This document shows positions 24,903-45,996 of a stretch of 64,000 nucleotides of DNA, one piece after another. Position 1 is the first letter of the stretch; every line of letters starts with the position of its first letter. The DNA is taken from NCBI RefSeq assembly GCF_009914755.1, contig NC_060940.1; one strand, given 5' to 3'. This stretch comes from the human T2T-CHM13v2.0 reference genome, Homo sapiens. Position numbers and translations under genes: made by a program. The notes below the pieces were generated by a model. The model made no database searches, was not told the DNA's origin, and saw only the letters and a list, made by a program, of their open reading frames with translations.

Positions 24903-25919
24903 ATAGGGAGATAACAGAGCAGAAAAACTGGAAACTCTAAAAAGCAGCGCGCCCCTCCTTCTCCTAAGGAACGCAGTTCCTCACCAGCAATGGAACAAAG
25001 CTGGACGGAGAATGACTTTGACGAGTTGAGAGAAGAAGGCTTCAGACGATCAAACTACTCCGAGCTACAGGAGGAAATTCAAACCAATAGCAAAGAAGTT
25101 ATAAACTTTGAAAAACAATTAGATGAATGTATAACTGGAATAATCAATGCAGAGAAGTGCTTAAAGGAGCTGATGGAGCTGAAAGCCAAGGCTCAAGAAC
25201 TACATGAAGAATGCAGAAGCCTCAGGAGCGGATGCAATCAACTGGAAGAAAGAGTACCAGGGATGGAAGATGAAATGAATGAAATGAAGCAAGAAGGGAA
25301 GTTTAGAGAAAAAAGAATAAAAAGAAATGAACAAAGCCTCCAAGAAATATGGGACTATGTGAAAAGACCAAATCTACGTCTGATTAGTGTACCTGAAAGT
25401 GACGGGGAGAATGGAACCAAGTTGGAAAACACTCTGCAAGATATTATCCAGGAGAACTTCCCCAATCTAGCAAGGCAGGCCAACATTCAGATTTAGGAAA
25501 TACAGAGAACGCCACAAAGATACTCCTCAAGAAGAGCAACTCCAAGACGCATAATTGTCAGATTCACCAAAGTTGAAATGAAGGAAAAAATGTTAAGGGC
25601 AGCCAGAGAGAAAGGTCGGGTTACCCACAAAGGGAAGCCCATCAGACTAACAGCTGATCTCTCAGCAGAAACTCTACAAGCCAGAAGAGAGTGGGGGTCA
25701 ATATTCAACATGCTTAAAGAAAATAATTTTCAACCCAGAATTTCATATCCAGCCAAACTAAGCTTCATAAGTGAAGGAGAAATAAAATACTTTACAGACA
25801 AACAAATGCTGAGAGATTTTGTCACCACCAGGCCTGCCCTAAAAGAGCTCCTGAAGGAAGCAGTAAACATGGAAAGGAACAACCGGTACCAGCCACTGCA
25901 AAAACATGCCAAATTGTAA
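24903..25919 (+). pseudogene. L1 ORF1p, disabled
   Basis: Start reads ATA followed by an early TAA; premature TAG at 25494-25496; fragments MEQSWTENDFDELREEG and MKEKMLRAAREKG. Confidence 0.9.
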
Positions 25920-25982
25920 AGACCATTGAGACTAGGAAGAAACTGCATCAACTAACGAGCAAAATAACCAGCTAACATCATA

Positions 25983-29126
<3,144 letters not shown>

Positions 29127-29469
29127 GCTCTCACAAGGACAAAAAACCAAACACCACATGTTATCATTCATATGTGGGTATTGAACAATGAGAACACATG
29201 GACACAGGAAGGGGAACATCACACTTCGGGGACTGTTGTGGGGTGGGGTGAGTGGGGAGGGATAGCATTAGGAGATATACCTAATGCTAAATGACGAGTT
29301 AATGGGTGCAGCACACCAACATGGCACATGAACACTTATGTTACAAACCTGCACATGGTGCACATGTATCCTAAAACTTAAGGTATAATAATAAAATAAA
29401 ATAGAATAAAATAACAAAATATACACTAATACAGATTAACCAACTAAAAAAAATTGTAGAGAAAGGTCA

Positions 29470-30000
29470 TTTAAAAAATATGAAGGATAGAGTAATAATC
29501 TAACACGTTGAAATCTAAGAAGGAGAAAACAGCTTGTCTGAACAGCATTTTAAGTGGCAATGTTTGAGGTTTTATCAAAATTGGCCAATAATATTAAACG
29601 ACAGGTTCAGGAGGCTTTTCAAAGCAAAGGAAAACACACACAGAGGACACATCTAGAAACATAATGGGACAATTTCTGAAAAGTAAAAGAAAAATGTAAA
29701 GAGCACTTGATAAAAAAATTGGGCTAACTACAAAGAGAAAGAGTTGACTGATAACAACTTTCTCAAATGAAACAACGAAAGCCAACAAGTGAGGTATTGA
29801 TATCTTTCAAGTCCTGAAATAAAATAAGTGCTGACCTAGAACTGTCTACTTGGTGGACATATCCATCAAATGCAAAGATACAATAAAGAATTTCTCCCAA
29901 GCAGACCCACAGGAAAAGAAATACTAAAGATTATTCTTCAGGTAGAAGAGCCATGATCCCTGATGAAAGTTTGCAGTTAGAAGAACAATTTTTTAATGAA
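29470..30000 (+). mobile_element. Old L1M ORF1-region fragment
   Basis: Degenerate similarity to L1 ORF1 (gatatctttcaagtcctgaaa...cctagaact). Confidence 0.5.
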
Positions 30001-31774
30001 AGAAATAAACATTGAGAGAAATTTAATTGGATATTGACTGTATAACAGAATGCTATCTCATAAAGTTTAACATGTATCTTCCATACAACGGCAGAAGCAT
30101 ATAAGTTGTGAGTTGGATAAATTAATTTTAAAATATTGTCGTTTTTTTTTTTTTTTGCAAATAGAGAGATGTACCAATTATATTAGACCCTGAATTCAAG
30201 AATGCACGTTGTATCAAACCAGGTAAAACATTACCAGGCCAGATTTTTTAAATGGACTCTCTTAAAGTTTTTATAATTTATATTCATATTTCACATATGT
30301 TGAAAGTAAATAATGGAAAAGCATGCAATGCAAATATTAACCAAAATATAACTTTAGTTGTACTTATATTCACATTTTAAAAGTTGGACACAGTTAAGTC
30401 TCAGGGATTTTTTTACACAACGAAGGCAACCTGTGCAGTTATAACTAGTATTATATTATGCTCTTGGCCTGATTACAGAAGGGAAACGGGAGATCATACC
30501 AGACAATGGCAGAATGAAGCAAGAAGGAGTAGAGTTACAGAACATGATGCTGTAACTGGGACTGGAGTTACACTTTTAGAGTTAAAGAATAGTAAACTGG
30601 ACAAAATATATGAAACATTTTTTTGAAGTACTGAACATCAGGCAGCACAGGACTGTGCTCGGCAAGAGAAGAGAAGGAGCCAGAATGAGTCCTGCTTTAT
30701 TCCCAGATTCTCCGTGACAGCAGTAGAGAGGAATCCCAGAGACAGCAGACATTGTCATTGCACTGAGGAACCAGATAAAAATCAAAAAAGGTTAAGCAGC
30801 TGGAATGTGTAGTAGAAGAGAACGTTTACAGAAAAAGGAACCAAGAATCAGCCTAAGGATTCTCCCAAGTCCCTAAGCCAAATGTACATAGGATGAAATT
30901 CTAAGGAGCTCAGCAAAGGACTCTACCAGGGAGTTGGAAGAAGAACATTTCCCTGGCATCACATGACAGGAAGACACGTTAGCTCTGACCAGCCAGAGAA
31001 GGGAATCCCCTCTGTACCTCCAGGATATTCAGTAAAGACCACTGGAGGTTCATGCCCTAGTGACAGTGCTCATTTAGCTCCAAATTACAGATGGCTCTAG
31101 AATAACTCAACAAAGTTTAAAGAAAACATTTAAAACAACAACAGAAAAATACTCATCCTGAAGTTACTGAACTGCCTGCCACAACATTGTTCAAAGGTAG
31201 CCAATCAAATCTAGATATTCGATAGCATAACACCAAAATACCCCCCCCCAAAAAAACTCTGACATGCAAAGAAGCCGTAAGATATATATAATTAAGACAT
31301 ATATTAACAGGATAAAAATAAGTCATTTATAAATGACAGAAAAGAAGGAAATTTCAAGGTCCTTAAAGTAAATATATTTTATAAATACATATAAATAAAT
31401 ACATATATATGTCAAGGTACTTAAATGAAAATTGAACATAGGAGAAAAATAGAAGCTATAAAGTAAAAAATGTGACATGTATACATGAAAAATAAATATT
31501 TGAAATAAAAATTCCATGAGATAGAATGAGTAATCGATTTTACCCTAACATCAGAAAATTTATAGAACAAAATAGAAGCTTTACAAACTAAAGGACAAAG
31601 GGTAAACTAAAATAAGAAAGCCAGAAACTCACAGATACGTCAGACAATATGCAGCAGTGTAACATACATGTAATCAATATCTCAAAAAGGATGGATGGGG
31701 GAATTATAGGTGAATAAAGAATGGTACACTCATTCCTGAGGGCACCGAGGAGGGAGGATAGCTTTAGATTCCTA

Positions 31775-31903
31775 AGGGAGGGTATTATCCATTCATGAAG
31801 GTCCAACCCCCATGAACAAACACCTCCCAGTGAGCCCCACCTGCAACATTGGGGATCAAATTTTAACATGAGATTGGAAGGGGCAAGCATTCAAACCATA
31901 GCA
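31775..31903 (-). mobile_element. MST-type MaLR LTR fragment
   Basis: acattggggatcaaattttaacatgagattgg...caaaccatagca. Confidence 0.75.
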
Positions 31904-33289
31904 AGAGTTAAATTTCCTTTTTTAAAAAAAATCACTGATATGATTCAATTTCGCCATAGATAAAAGCTAGTATTTCAGCCTACCGTTGAGTGTACTTATA
32001 GCTCACCAAAAGGGCACTCTGTCTCGGGAATACAGATTTGCCTAGAGGTATCCTATTGCAGTCAAAGAAAGAGCAATGAGGGATGGAAAAGGTTAGTGAT
32101 GGAGACACCAGCGCTGCATTTTGCAACAAACAATGTAAAAACTTTACGGATTGGTTCTGCTAACTTACTACAGTTTACATGCCTCTCAGGTGGGAGAATT
32201 GTTGCGTTTTTTCTTAAGATAGAAAAGCAATTCAGATAATCTGAAATCTCCACAAGAAGGATAAGAAGCACAGCAGAAACTATTCTAGGCAGGAAGTCAA
32301 TCCTTTCAACTGTCTGTGCTCCATAGAAACAATTGTCTGCACTGGGAGTCATATGAGGTACAGACCACAGCCAGACCTCTGATCCTCTCATTAGTGATTT
32401 CAGAAGAAATTACCAGTCAACTGAGTAATTCACTGAGTAAAGTAAACATTTGGACTGAAAGAGGTTAGACGGATAACTATTTGTATCACCATATTCATGA
32501 AGCTGGAATATGTTCCATTACTCGTATGACATCCGAATGGAAGATGTTGAAAGGTCTCTCATCTTGTAAGATGGATATGAAAGAACATTTTCTGAGAAAT
32601 GAAATTATTAACACACCTGCGAGGTGGATGGAAGAGAAAAAAAAGAATAATCAGCTTGAGTTCTTCTCCTTGATAAGACAACTCACTAAAAACATAAAGA
32701 GAAAAATACAAGTTTAAAATAATTAACCAGAAGAAGACGACTCTAGAGATTTTAAATTGCTGATAAGATTTTAATTTGCTCCAAGTTGAAAATAATTATA
32801 TTGCTTGTGTTTTAAGGCACATAATGAGCAATTATATCACACATGATAGTTTCAGCAGTAAAATATGATCCGTTAACAGCTGGAACTCATAGAAGCATAG
32901 CACAATATGAAGATGGAATTTGCTAAAATAAACCATCTGCTGAAAACTAATATTCTGCAAATTTAAAAATAAAGTTTAAATGTTATTTGTCTTATTTAAT
33001 AGGTCTGTGAAAAAAATGCGATATTTGAAAAGTAGGTGCTACCTTAATTAGTTCTTTATGTTAGACGGCTGGTTACAGTAATGCACAGTAAGGTGCTACA
33101 TAGATATATTGCTAATTTTCTGCATAAACTATGTATTTTGCTTAAATTATTTGAAATTTTATAGTTAAAGTAACAAATGTATACTTAAATGTTTTGACAC
33201 AAATTGCAAATATACCTTTAAAAAGCATCTTACACTCTAAATATTATTTGTCACCTATATAGTTGTCTTTTCTCTATAGGAAAGTTTCA

Positions 33290-34200
<911 letters not shown>

Positions 34201-35177
34201 CTCCATATGTACAATAAATAATATTGTGATTTTTAATCTTTGCTCTTCTGTGGAAAAAAACACAGTTGTGATTTCTAGTGTAGCTGAACATCGTTTATTT
34301 GACAATATTGCAGTTGTGTGTGGGTGTGCGCCTGTGTAGCTACTCTTTAATTTTGTTCTCACATAATGATTAGATATTAACAATTAATTCAGTAAAATGT
34401 ATGTTTCGCAATATTTCTCCATGTTATTATGCTTTAAATTAGTTTAATCATGCCCCTATGATGTGTACATTTTAATCTTTGACTATAGGTCTCAATCTTG
34501 CTTTGGATCCTGTATTTCAATTTATGCTAATAAAGTCCTACAGCTAAAAAAGATTATATAAACTTAGCTACATTTTACTAGTATTCTGGTGTCATTTTAA
34601 ATTATGTAATGAAATCAAATTTTAATTTGGATTATTGTTATCTGAGTTAAGGATCTAAATTTTTAATTTCCTTATAAATATTACATAATTATTTCTGAAC
34701 CATATATTGACTAATCTGCCCTTTATATGATGTGCTTTATAAGAGCTTGGGATAGTTTCATTTGCAAAGATGAATGCTTGAGAAATAGATATTTAATCAT
34801 AACATTTCAAAATCTACTGGATAACCTAGAATTGAAAAATAGCCTATAGGTTGAAAAACTCCTGTAGTGAAGAAAGAAAATAACTAATATACAGTGACAG
34901 TATAAATATTGTAAGTATTTATTTTATTAACGCCCTGAAATTTGATAATACAAACATGTAATATCTACATATCATCCATATATCAGGTCATAAAAAATCA
35001 ATACATTCTTCAAAAATTTAGCATAACAGAAAATGCACTCTCTCTCCTTGATGGAATTAAGTTACAAATAAAAGTAAAAATAAGTAGATAAGTAGATGGA
35101 AGTAGATGTTTAAAAACAAAGAAAAATATTTGTTTTGGATAACATAAAATCTCAATTGACAATTCCAATATTTCCAG

Positions 35178-35374
35178 AACTTTGCCTGTCAACTGGTAGA
35201 GAGTTTTCCCCAGGAGACATTTGTCAATGTCTAGGGTTATTGTGGGCATGTCAAGACTGGTGGAGGTGTGAAATTTAGAGGTCAAATGAAACACCTAGCA
35301 TTGCTAGGGCAGCCTCCCACAACAAAGAATCCTCTAGTCCTAAAGGTAAGTAGCACCAAGGTTCAGAAACCATA
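35178..35374. mobile_element. MER20 DNA transposon relic
   Basis: ccccaggagacatttgtcaatgtct...cccacaacaaagaat...aaggttcagaaacc. Confidence 0.7.
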
Positions 35375-35486
35375 ATCTAGACAGGAAACACTACGTAGCT
35401 ATTCCAAGTGCTCAGGAAAACACATCAGTGCCCTCGAGGGGAAAAGTGTAAACATTTTAATTGCTGTATATGGTGACACAAATCCA

Positions 35487-35948
35487 TGTTGTTAATCTAA
35501 GTGGAAGGGGCTGAAGCACAAAACGTAATTCAAAGAGTTTACTTGAGCCACAATGAGGACAGCTGCCTGGAAGAAACAGACCCAAGTATCCTTGGATATG
35601 AACTCCCTTTGGAGCTTTGCAACAAGCAGTTTCTTAAAGGCAAAAAGGGGTCCAGAAGTGGGATGATGCAAAGAGATTTGTCACAAATTCCCATTGGCTT
35701 ATGGAAATAACATTTATCAGTGACTGGCTATACACTGTTACACTATTATCGGGTGTGGATTATAGTGTCTGGTGTGGCGTTATTGGTTAATTTATAGCTA
35801 TAACTACTATGGCAACAGCAAGCAGCCTAGGTGAACATACAGCTCAAAGAGGAGAAGGACAGAACTGCTGTCTCATTTGAATATCTCTCTGGGCCTGATT
35901 ATTTAAAGGGACTTGCATTTCTCACATGAAAGTTATTTTCTTTTCTCA
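35487..35948 (-). mobile_element. ERV1-class solo LTR (MER4 group, subfamily uncertain)
   Basis: TG...CA bounded ~460-bp segment with aaagagtttacttgagcc and ttttctca ends. Confidence 0.55.
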
Positions 35949-36139
35949 ATGTCCATAAATGAGAATAAATAGACGTAAAATAGATCTTTTCAAGGATGAA
36001 GTAAATGGAATGAAAAACAAAACCCAAGCTGACCAGAAATCATAGAGGGAAGAAAAGGATATAAATATATGGATTTTTCAAAGTGATTTTAAGCTATTAG
36101 GAATCAGTTAAATGTTGGGAGATTTTGTCTGAGAATGAG

Positions 36140-36680
36140 CTAAAGGAGAATGTCCCTTTTGCCTAATGAATTTTCCCTGAAAATCACTAATAGGAGGCAG
36201 ATAAATAGTAGAAAAGGCATACAGGTTTCTGCAATGTGTGTACACTGGAGCCCTTAGAACGAAGACCCAGACACACGATGCGTGCAGAAGCTTATCTACC
36301 ACATGAAGTGTACAAAAAGAATGGGGTCTTGGATCACAGGGAAAAGAAAGAAAAAGGTTATGTGAGAAAACGACCCTGGCTAGCAACAGTGGACTTATTA
36401 CCTAGGTGGAACTTCACTGGGAGCAGTCCTCAGAGAGAATAGACAGAAAATGTTTCTTTCAGACCTTTGGAGACCTGAGACTCTCAGTTAAACTTTCCTA
36501 GATCCAGACAAGGGGGCAGACCTCAGAGAAAGCCTGGCTGCATCAAGGCATATTCTCTACCGATGCAAATCTCCCCAAGACAGCTTTGCAGCTAACTTTG
36601 CATTTCCAGCCCTTCTCAATAGCCATTTTGAAATATATCAAGGAAATATATTTAGGGGTAAAATATATTAGTTTCCCTCA
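36140..36680 (-). mobile_element. MER39-like ERV1 LTR
   Basis: Ends gccattttgaaatatatcaaggaaatatatttaggggtaaaatat...ttccctca. Confidence 0.7.
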
Positions 36681-36759
36681 TACAGCTATAAAACATACAG
36701 GAATAATTTTTGTCAATGTCTACTACAAATCCAATATAACAATAATTATACAACCCACC

Positions 36760-38260
36760 AGATATTGAAGAAAAAATATGTAGAGTTCCTCAATTACAAA
36801 TGTTGATACTAAAATGCCAAATAAAATAAAAATAATATCCAACAATATTTGAAACAGTAAGACAAGAAACTGGCAAAAAAAAAAAATAAAACTAATATGC
36901 ACCTTGGGGATGAAAGTGTGTTTCCAAATTTGGTAATCCAATAATATTAATAATCATATTGATTAGCCCAAATTAAAAATAAATAGGGGATTCTCAGTAC
37001 ATGCTAAAGTATATTTGTTAAAAGGCAATATTCATGTCTTTAAAGATTTTAAATGCTATAAAGAGTCTGATATTCTATATGCAAACATGTGTATGTCCAT
37101 TAGAAGAGAGGCCTGATTTTCATATGTCACTACAAAGAGATAGAGAAGTGGATAGATTAATTAGCATATGCATAGAGAGAGCATAACATAGAAATTTACT
37201 ATCATATTAAAGGAATTTTAATTCAACAATAAAATAATTCAAAGGTAAAATTTTAAATATTTTTAACAGGTACATTATTATTAGATAATATTTATACTAA
37301 TTGTGAAAATATTCAATGCTAAAATAAGATACAATGTCTAAACATCAGTATTAAAACTAGTATAACATTTGCTTGTTTATACAAGGAAAATTCAAGCTCG
37401 ACCTAAAATTATATGGGAAATAAAAGAAAAATTTTAAGGGAGCTCTTTAATAACATAATAATATGTATATATACACACACACATATAACATGTATATATG
37501 TTATATGGGATAGATATAGATTTAACATGTTATATCTATATTTGTATCTATAACTACAGCTGTATGTATCTACATTTCTATATATTTACTCAGTGATATA
37601 AATATAGACTGGAATAAATATAAAGACACATATGATTCTTGGGTAAAAAAGATTTAGTATCATAAAGACAAATTCTTTCCAAATTCACTTATGAATTCAC
37701 AACAATGTACAGTTTCATTAGTATAATTTAAAATTTTTAAATAAATTCCAAGATTCATTTAAAGGAATATACATGTATACAAGCAGTCAAGAAAGAAGCA
37801 AGAGTGCACTAAACTAACTTGCTATTAAAATACCTTTTTAAACTTAGTCACTAAAACTGAGCAGTACTGATTTGGAGTACTGGAATTTAGGTATATGGGA
37901 TCTCAAAAGCACAGAGCTCAAAGGAGACCCCTGTATGCACCAGAGCTTAAGATGTGCTTTGGAAGGCATTACAAAACCACGGGCAAAGTTCCTTTAGTGT
38001 CTTAGTCTTACCAGGTTTGAAAAGCCAGAGAAAAGACTCAAGAACACCATATAAGAGCAAAACAAAAGGACAGGGAAATAATGTGAAGATACTGAAACAT
38101 TTTACATAAAGTTGTATAAAACATCCTTTAAAGAAAATATTAAGTTTAGGATATACATCAAAATCAGCAGAGCCACTATATAAATAAATAGGCATTGTAA
38201 AATAACAAGAGAAAATTTAAATGGATTTCTAAAAAATATTGACACCTATGATTTTCAAAA
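36760..38260 (+). mobile_element. Highly decayed L1M ORF2 fragments with TA-rich tract
   Basis: aatgttgatactaaaatgccaaataaaata resembles the codons for [10 protein letters not shown]. Confidence 0.5.
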
Positions 38261-38617
38261 TATGTTTAAGGAATCCCGTATTTCACAGGGCAGCCTTTCA
38301 CAACACAGATACGTTAGGACATAAAGGTCCTTCTGTTTTTAATTTACTAGTGTTTATAGGGTTACAAATGTCTTCTACCCTTGTCTTTTGTCTGATGGTG
38401 CAAAAAATTTTCATAAGCATGTACTTCTGAATGCCTGATGGATTGACATATATAATAAGCTGCTAGTATTAAAATATGTGACATAAAACGCATCCAATCT
38501 TCTCACTGTTTACATAAATTCTAGGTTTCTCCTATTTACCTCAAGCACGTATGTAGCGAATTCGTACCTTTTAATATTGCCATGGCATTCACATTGAACA
38601 TAAGTTGAACTCTCTCA

Positions 38618-39742
38618 TATGGTAGCTGGGTTCGGATTCCCTTGACAATTTCCAGTTCTAACCCTCACAGTTCCTCAGTGTGGCTGGCCCAGATATTGAC
38701 CCTACACAGTTGCCTCCTCCTGGTGACTACCAGCTATGGAAGCGTTGGATACAACCTACCTGACTCACCCCACAGACCTCACAGTGCACATGGACAGCCC
38801 CCACACGCCAGAGTGACCTGCTCGATTGCAGCAGGAGTCAAGAAGTGTGCCTGCTGGCACTCACCCCACCGACTAGTGCCCCGTGGAAAACTTATTTGGA
38901 TAATGTTCTGGGCCCAATAAAGGCTGGAGTCCCACAGACCCCTTTTCTCTCTCCTGCTCCCCACTCATCTTCCCCATTTTGTTCAGCCCTATGAGGTGTG
39001 CTACTGTATTAGTCCATTTTCACACCGCCGGTAAAGACATGCCCAAGACTGGGTAATTTCCAGAAGAAAGAGGTTTAATAGACGCACAGTTCCACATGGC
39101 TGGGTAGGCCTCACAATCATGGCACAAGCTGAAAGGCACATCTCACCTGGCAGCAGACAAGACAAGAGAGCTTGTGCAGGAAACTCGCCTTTATAAAAAC
39201 ATCAGATCTTGTGAGACTTATTCACTATCAGAAGAACAGCATGGGAAAGACCTGCCCTCGTGATTCAATTACCTCCCAGCTGTTCCCTCCCACAACATGT
39301 GGGAATTCAAGATGAGATTTGGCTGGGGACACAGCTAAACCCTCTTCTCAGCTACCCTCTTCTCTCTGGATCTGTGAGTAATAAACCTACTTCTGTGATT
39401 TCCCATGTTTGGTTCTGTGGCCTCCATGTGTCTGAGCTGACCTACACTGGAACCTAACTCTCTTCCTGGCCAGGGTCTCTGAGAGTGGCTCTTGTCAGAA
39501 ATACACAGGACACAGGTCAGGCAACAGTCACCAGGCATCTCCTAGTCTCAACAGATGTTCTGTGAGAGGGAGGCCTGGTCGTGGGATGCACACCTGGCCA
39601 CTGCTGGGGTAAGGAAGTGTCCTGTGAAAGGCACATGTTAAGCATCCACAACCCCCTGACCAGAACCCCAGAAAGGCAGGGCTGCAATTGTCAGTCACTC
39701 TCCAGAGACAAACCTCAAGCCCTAACTGGAGGAAAAGAAAAC
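38618..39742 (+). mobile_element. ERVL-class LTR (MER54/MER74 group) split by THE1
   Basis: LTR-like sequence continuous across the THE1 TSD; family from recall. Confidence 0.5.
39005..39350 (-). mobile_element. THE1 (THE1A/B) solo LTR
   Basis: tgtattagtccattttcac...gatgagatttgg; 5-bp TSD gctac (39000-39004 and 39351-39355). Confidence 0.9.
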
Positions 39743-40686
39743 AATGTAAAAAGTTGAATTTATCTTACTATTTCAATGATCCAGTAAAGACATTCTATGC
39801 CTGTACACCACATATTTTCTTCAATTGTGGATTTATTTTAGATAGAATTTTAGGTCTGGCTTTCACTTTAGCCTGGTCCCTACCTCAAGCATAAGGTAAA
39901 GTTTTTCCATGCGTTCTTTTCTGGTACTACTACCTGCCAGTGTGGGGTCATGTCCTAGTCTATCTTGAGGGAATCCCCCTGTTCATTATTGTCAGAGTGA
40001 GACTGTTAAGTCTTGATTTCCCTGGACAACTTCACTGCATGACTTTTAATATGATTTTTAATATACCCTTTACTGGACAATAAATTATATTTATTACGGA
40101 ATTATGGGTGATTTCCTTCAATCTGCATCATATCAAGTTGAGGTTCATATTGATGAAAAGTAAAGCATACGTTGAAAATATCAGTAAGGATGTTTTCCCC
40201 TCCTTTTGTGCTTGTGATACAAGCACATTTTAATGCAATTGTGGACTCATGCTTTGATCATTCCTATGATGAAAATAACAATTTTAGATAAAGTATCTGA
40301 GTTTTATGAGGCCTTTAGTATGTGATGTGATAGAATATCAGAAGACCATACTTTTTTCTAGGTTTCTGTGCAATTGTGTCATTATTTCATCTTTACTCCT
40401 ACCAGAGTAATTTTGCAAAATGGATATCTTGTCATTCTTCCTGTTGTTATCAGTAAATAAGTGAAATGAAAAGCTAGATTATATAATTTATCTAGAAAAA
40501 GAAAGTGGAATTGAATCTATATTCATTAATGAGACTAACCCGTCAATTACACAGATAGGCATTTTACATTTTGAAGATCATATGGACCCATTGTCAGAAA
40601 TATTATTATTTATGTCTATATGGACATCACCTGGGCATATTTACATAGAAATCAATGAGAGCTGATTTTTATTTTTATTATATATA

Positions 40687-42266
<1,580 letters not shown>

Positions 42267-43254
42267 TGGAAGCTGATTTTTAAAATACTGAGATCATATA
42301 GATGACAGCATCTGAAAAACAGACAACACCAAGCTTTATGTTAAAAGGTGTGAGGGTATCAATATTGTTGTGGCTATTGGGGAGGAAACCATTAGTAAAA
42401 CCAGTAAGTTAAAGCTCTTGCTTTAAACTTTGGCTTTAATTTAACAAATGTTCTATGGAGTGACAGTATGTATGCAACCATGCTATGCCCATTCACAGAG
42501 GCAGTAGAGGGAAGAATTTCTCAAAGACAACTGTTCTAAGACTCAAATTAAACCGTACTGCGTTTGAAAAGAGAAAGTCCAGGAATTACCAAATCTTTTA
42601 GATATCAGATACAAGAGAATGCCAGGTATGCGATGATAATCAGCAATGGTTGTTCACACAATACATCAAATCAGTATTTGAATTAGCTTTTGAATTACAA
42701 GGACAAATGGATCAAGTCTAGACTCTTTAGTAGATAAATCTTATTAGGCTGAGATGTGTTTTCCCCTGTTTTTCCACAAGGAGATTACAAATTGGCAAAG
42801 CTCAGCTGCTCTCATTTTATGCTCTCACCAAGCCAAAAGCTGAAGTTCATTAATCAGTGTGTCTAAGGGTTCACTGGTTATATACCATTTTGTAGTTTCA
42901 GCTATCTTTCCAACTTCCTAAATCATCACCTTCATTTGATCTTGTTTTTTTCCACTATCACTTCTTTATTGACCATATAAAGAATGTAAGTAAGTTCTTA
43001 TTTTGTTATTGTTCATTTTAGTCTAATTTCATCAAAAGATCACAATCTTTTAATTTCATTTTAATTTCAAAGATTAAATGAAACCTACATAGAAATGAGT
43101 GTAAGATTTGCATTTGCATTATTTTGGCATCAATTTGCTCTCCTCCCTCATGCACATAGAGATCATTTCCATGTACGTGATTTCAAACATCCAAGTGCTG
43201 TATTAAAAGCAGTTGTAACTTATGGTTCTCATTTTCATGATACAATTACAATAT

Positions 43255-44070
<816 letters not shown>

Positions 44071-44160
44071 AGCAGAAATAATTTATTTACCTGCAGATTA
44101 AAGCGTTCTATATTTTTCTCTCTCCCTTTCTAATTTTTTTAAAATAATATGAATTGCAGT

Positions 44161-44795
44161 AAAGAGAAAGAAAGAAAAGAAAACAAAGAAAGAAAAAGAA
44201 GGAAGGAAAGAAGGAAGGAAGGAAATAAAGAAAGAAAGAAGAAAAGAAGGAGGAAATGAGGGAAGGAAGGGAGGGAGGGAGGAAGGGAGAAAGGCAGGAA
44301 GGGAGAAAACAGAAAGCATGAACACAAGAAAGAAAGAAGGAAAGAAAGAAAAAGAAAGAGAGAGAGAAAGAAAGAAAGGAGAAAGGGAGGAAGGAAAGGA
44401 GGAAGAGAGAATGGTAAAAGGGAGGAAGGCAAAGAAACAAAGAAAATAAACAGGCAAAGGAAGGAAAGAAAAAGAGGAAAGGAAGGGAGGGAGGAAGGAA
44501 GAAATGGAGGGCGGGAGGAGGGAACAAAAAAGGAAAGAAAGCAAGAACGTGAGAAAGAAAGAAAGAATATGAGAAAAGAAGGAAGAAAAGGGAGGGAGAA
44601 AGGAAGGGAGGGATTAGGGAAGGAAGAATAAGGGAAAGACACAAAGAAGGAAAGAAGGAAGGAAGGAGAAAAAAAGAAAGAAAAAGAAAGGAAAAGAAAA
44701 AAGAAAAGAAAAGGAAGAGGAAAAGAAGAAAGGAAGGAGGAAGGCAAGGGAAGGGAAGAGAAGAGAAAGGAAGATGGAAAGAAAGAAGGAAGAAC
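44161..44795. repeat. GA-rich polypurine low-complexity tract
   Basis: GAAA/GGAA/GGGA units, almost purely purine on the + strand. Confidence 0.95.
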
Positions 44796-44859
44796 GCAAA
44801 TATTAGAAATTCTGGGTTTGTTAGAGAATATGCCATACTGTTTTTTTTTTCACTTGAAA

Positions 44860-45300
44860 GGAAAGAGTATCTGCCATTGAAGATTGGATGTCTTGTTGGT
44901 GATATTGTTGTTCTTATCTTCCACATGATTACTGAGTTAGTGCCTAGTCTTTCCATTTCTAAGACAAAAGTGTTGATGTCGGCAAATATAATTTTGGATT
45001 TTTCCAGTTCACCTTTGATTTCTTTCCTGTTTTACCTCATGTATTTGGAGGTTCTGTTGTGAGCTGCATACCCTAATTAGTAGGATGATTACATCTTCTT
45101 GAGAATTGATTATTCTATTATCTATTATCTCTCATCTCTGATACTATTTCTTGTTCCGAACTCTGTTGTGTCTAATATCAATGTAGTCCTTCCACAGCCT
45201 TATTTTAGTGTTTCCATGATATGGCTTTCTCCATATCTTGATGATAACCTCTTTATATCTCTATATATTTGGAGCAAGATATAAAATTTAGACTTGATTT
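44860..45300 (-). mobile_element. Old L1M fragment (endonuclease region)
   Basis: tttacctcatgtatttggaggttctgttg resembles the reverse strand of L1 ORF2 EN. Confidence 0.55.
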
Positions 45301-45724
45301 TTTAAAGATTTTTCAAGATGCGATTCTTATTTCTTTTTGTTCTATTTGACATTCTCTGAGTTTCCTATATTTGAAGTTTGATTTTCTGTCACTTCTTTTA
45401 GAATATTTTTGGCAGTTATTTTGAAAAATATTTCTTTTGCTCCATTATTTTTCCCTCTTTTCTTTTTGGGATTTCAATCATAACTAGAGTAGGTAATTTC
45501 ATCTCAGTCTTATGCAGGTACTTTTTCTCAGGGTCTCAGGAATGTAGCCTTCTCACACTTCCGTTCTTTTCCTGGCTGTGTTGGTGAGCTCAGTGATATT
45601 CCTCCTTCACCTTCAAGAGCAGTTTTGTTTTGTTTTTCCTGTTTTCATACTCCCAGCATCAGGAGGATCCTAAGTGTGGCAGTTTTTGTTGCCTTCCCCT
45701 ACATATTAAGTGGAATATCTTGCT

Positions 45725-45996
45725 CTATTAGGACTCTTATAACAAAATAACATAAACCGGGTGACTAAAAAACAACAGATATTTCTTTTTTCACATTTCT
45801 TGAGGCTGTAAGATCTCGGGTCAAGATGCTCACAAATTCAGTGTTGATGAGAGCCCATTTCATGGTTCATAGGTGGTGCCTGCTTTCTATGTCCTCACAT
45901 AGTGGAAGGCACACAACAACTCCATTGAGCTTCTTTTATAAAGGCACTAATCCCATTCATAAGGGCTCGGCCCCCAAGACCTGGTCACCTCCCAAG
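45725..45996 (-). mobile_element. MLT1A-type LTR fragment
   Basis: ttttataaaggcactaatcccattcataagggctc...cacctcccaa. Confidence 0.75.

Noticed and set aside
44098-44956. Phe/Ser/Leu-rich membrane-protein-like ORFs
   Set aside because: Antisense translation of the GA-rich tract.
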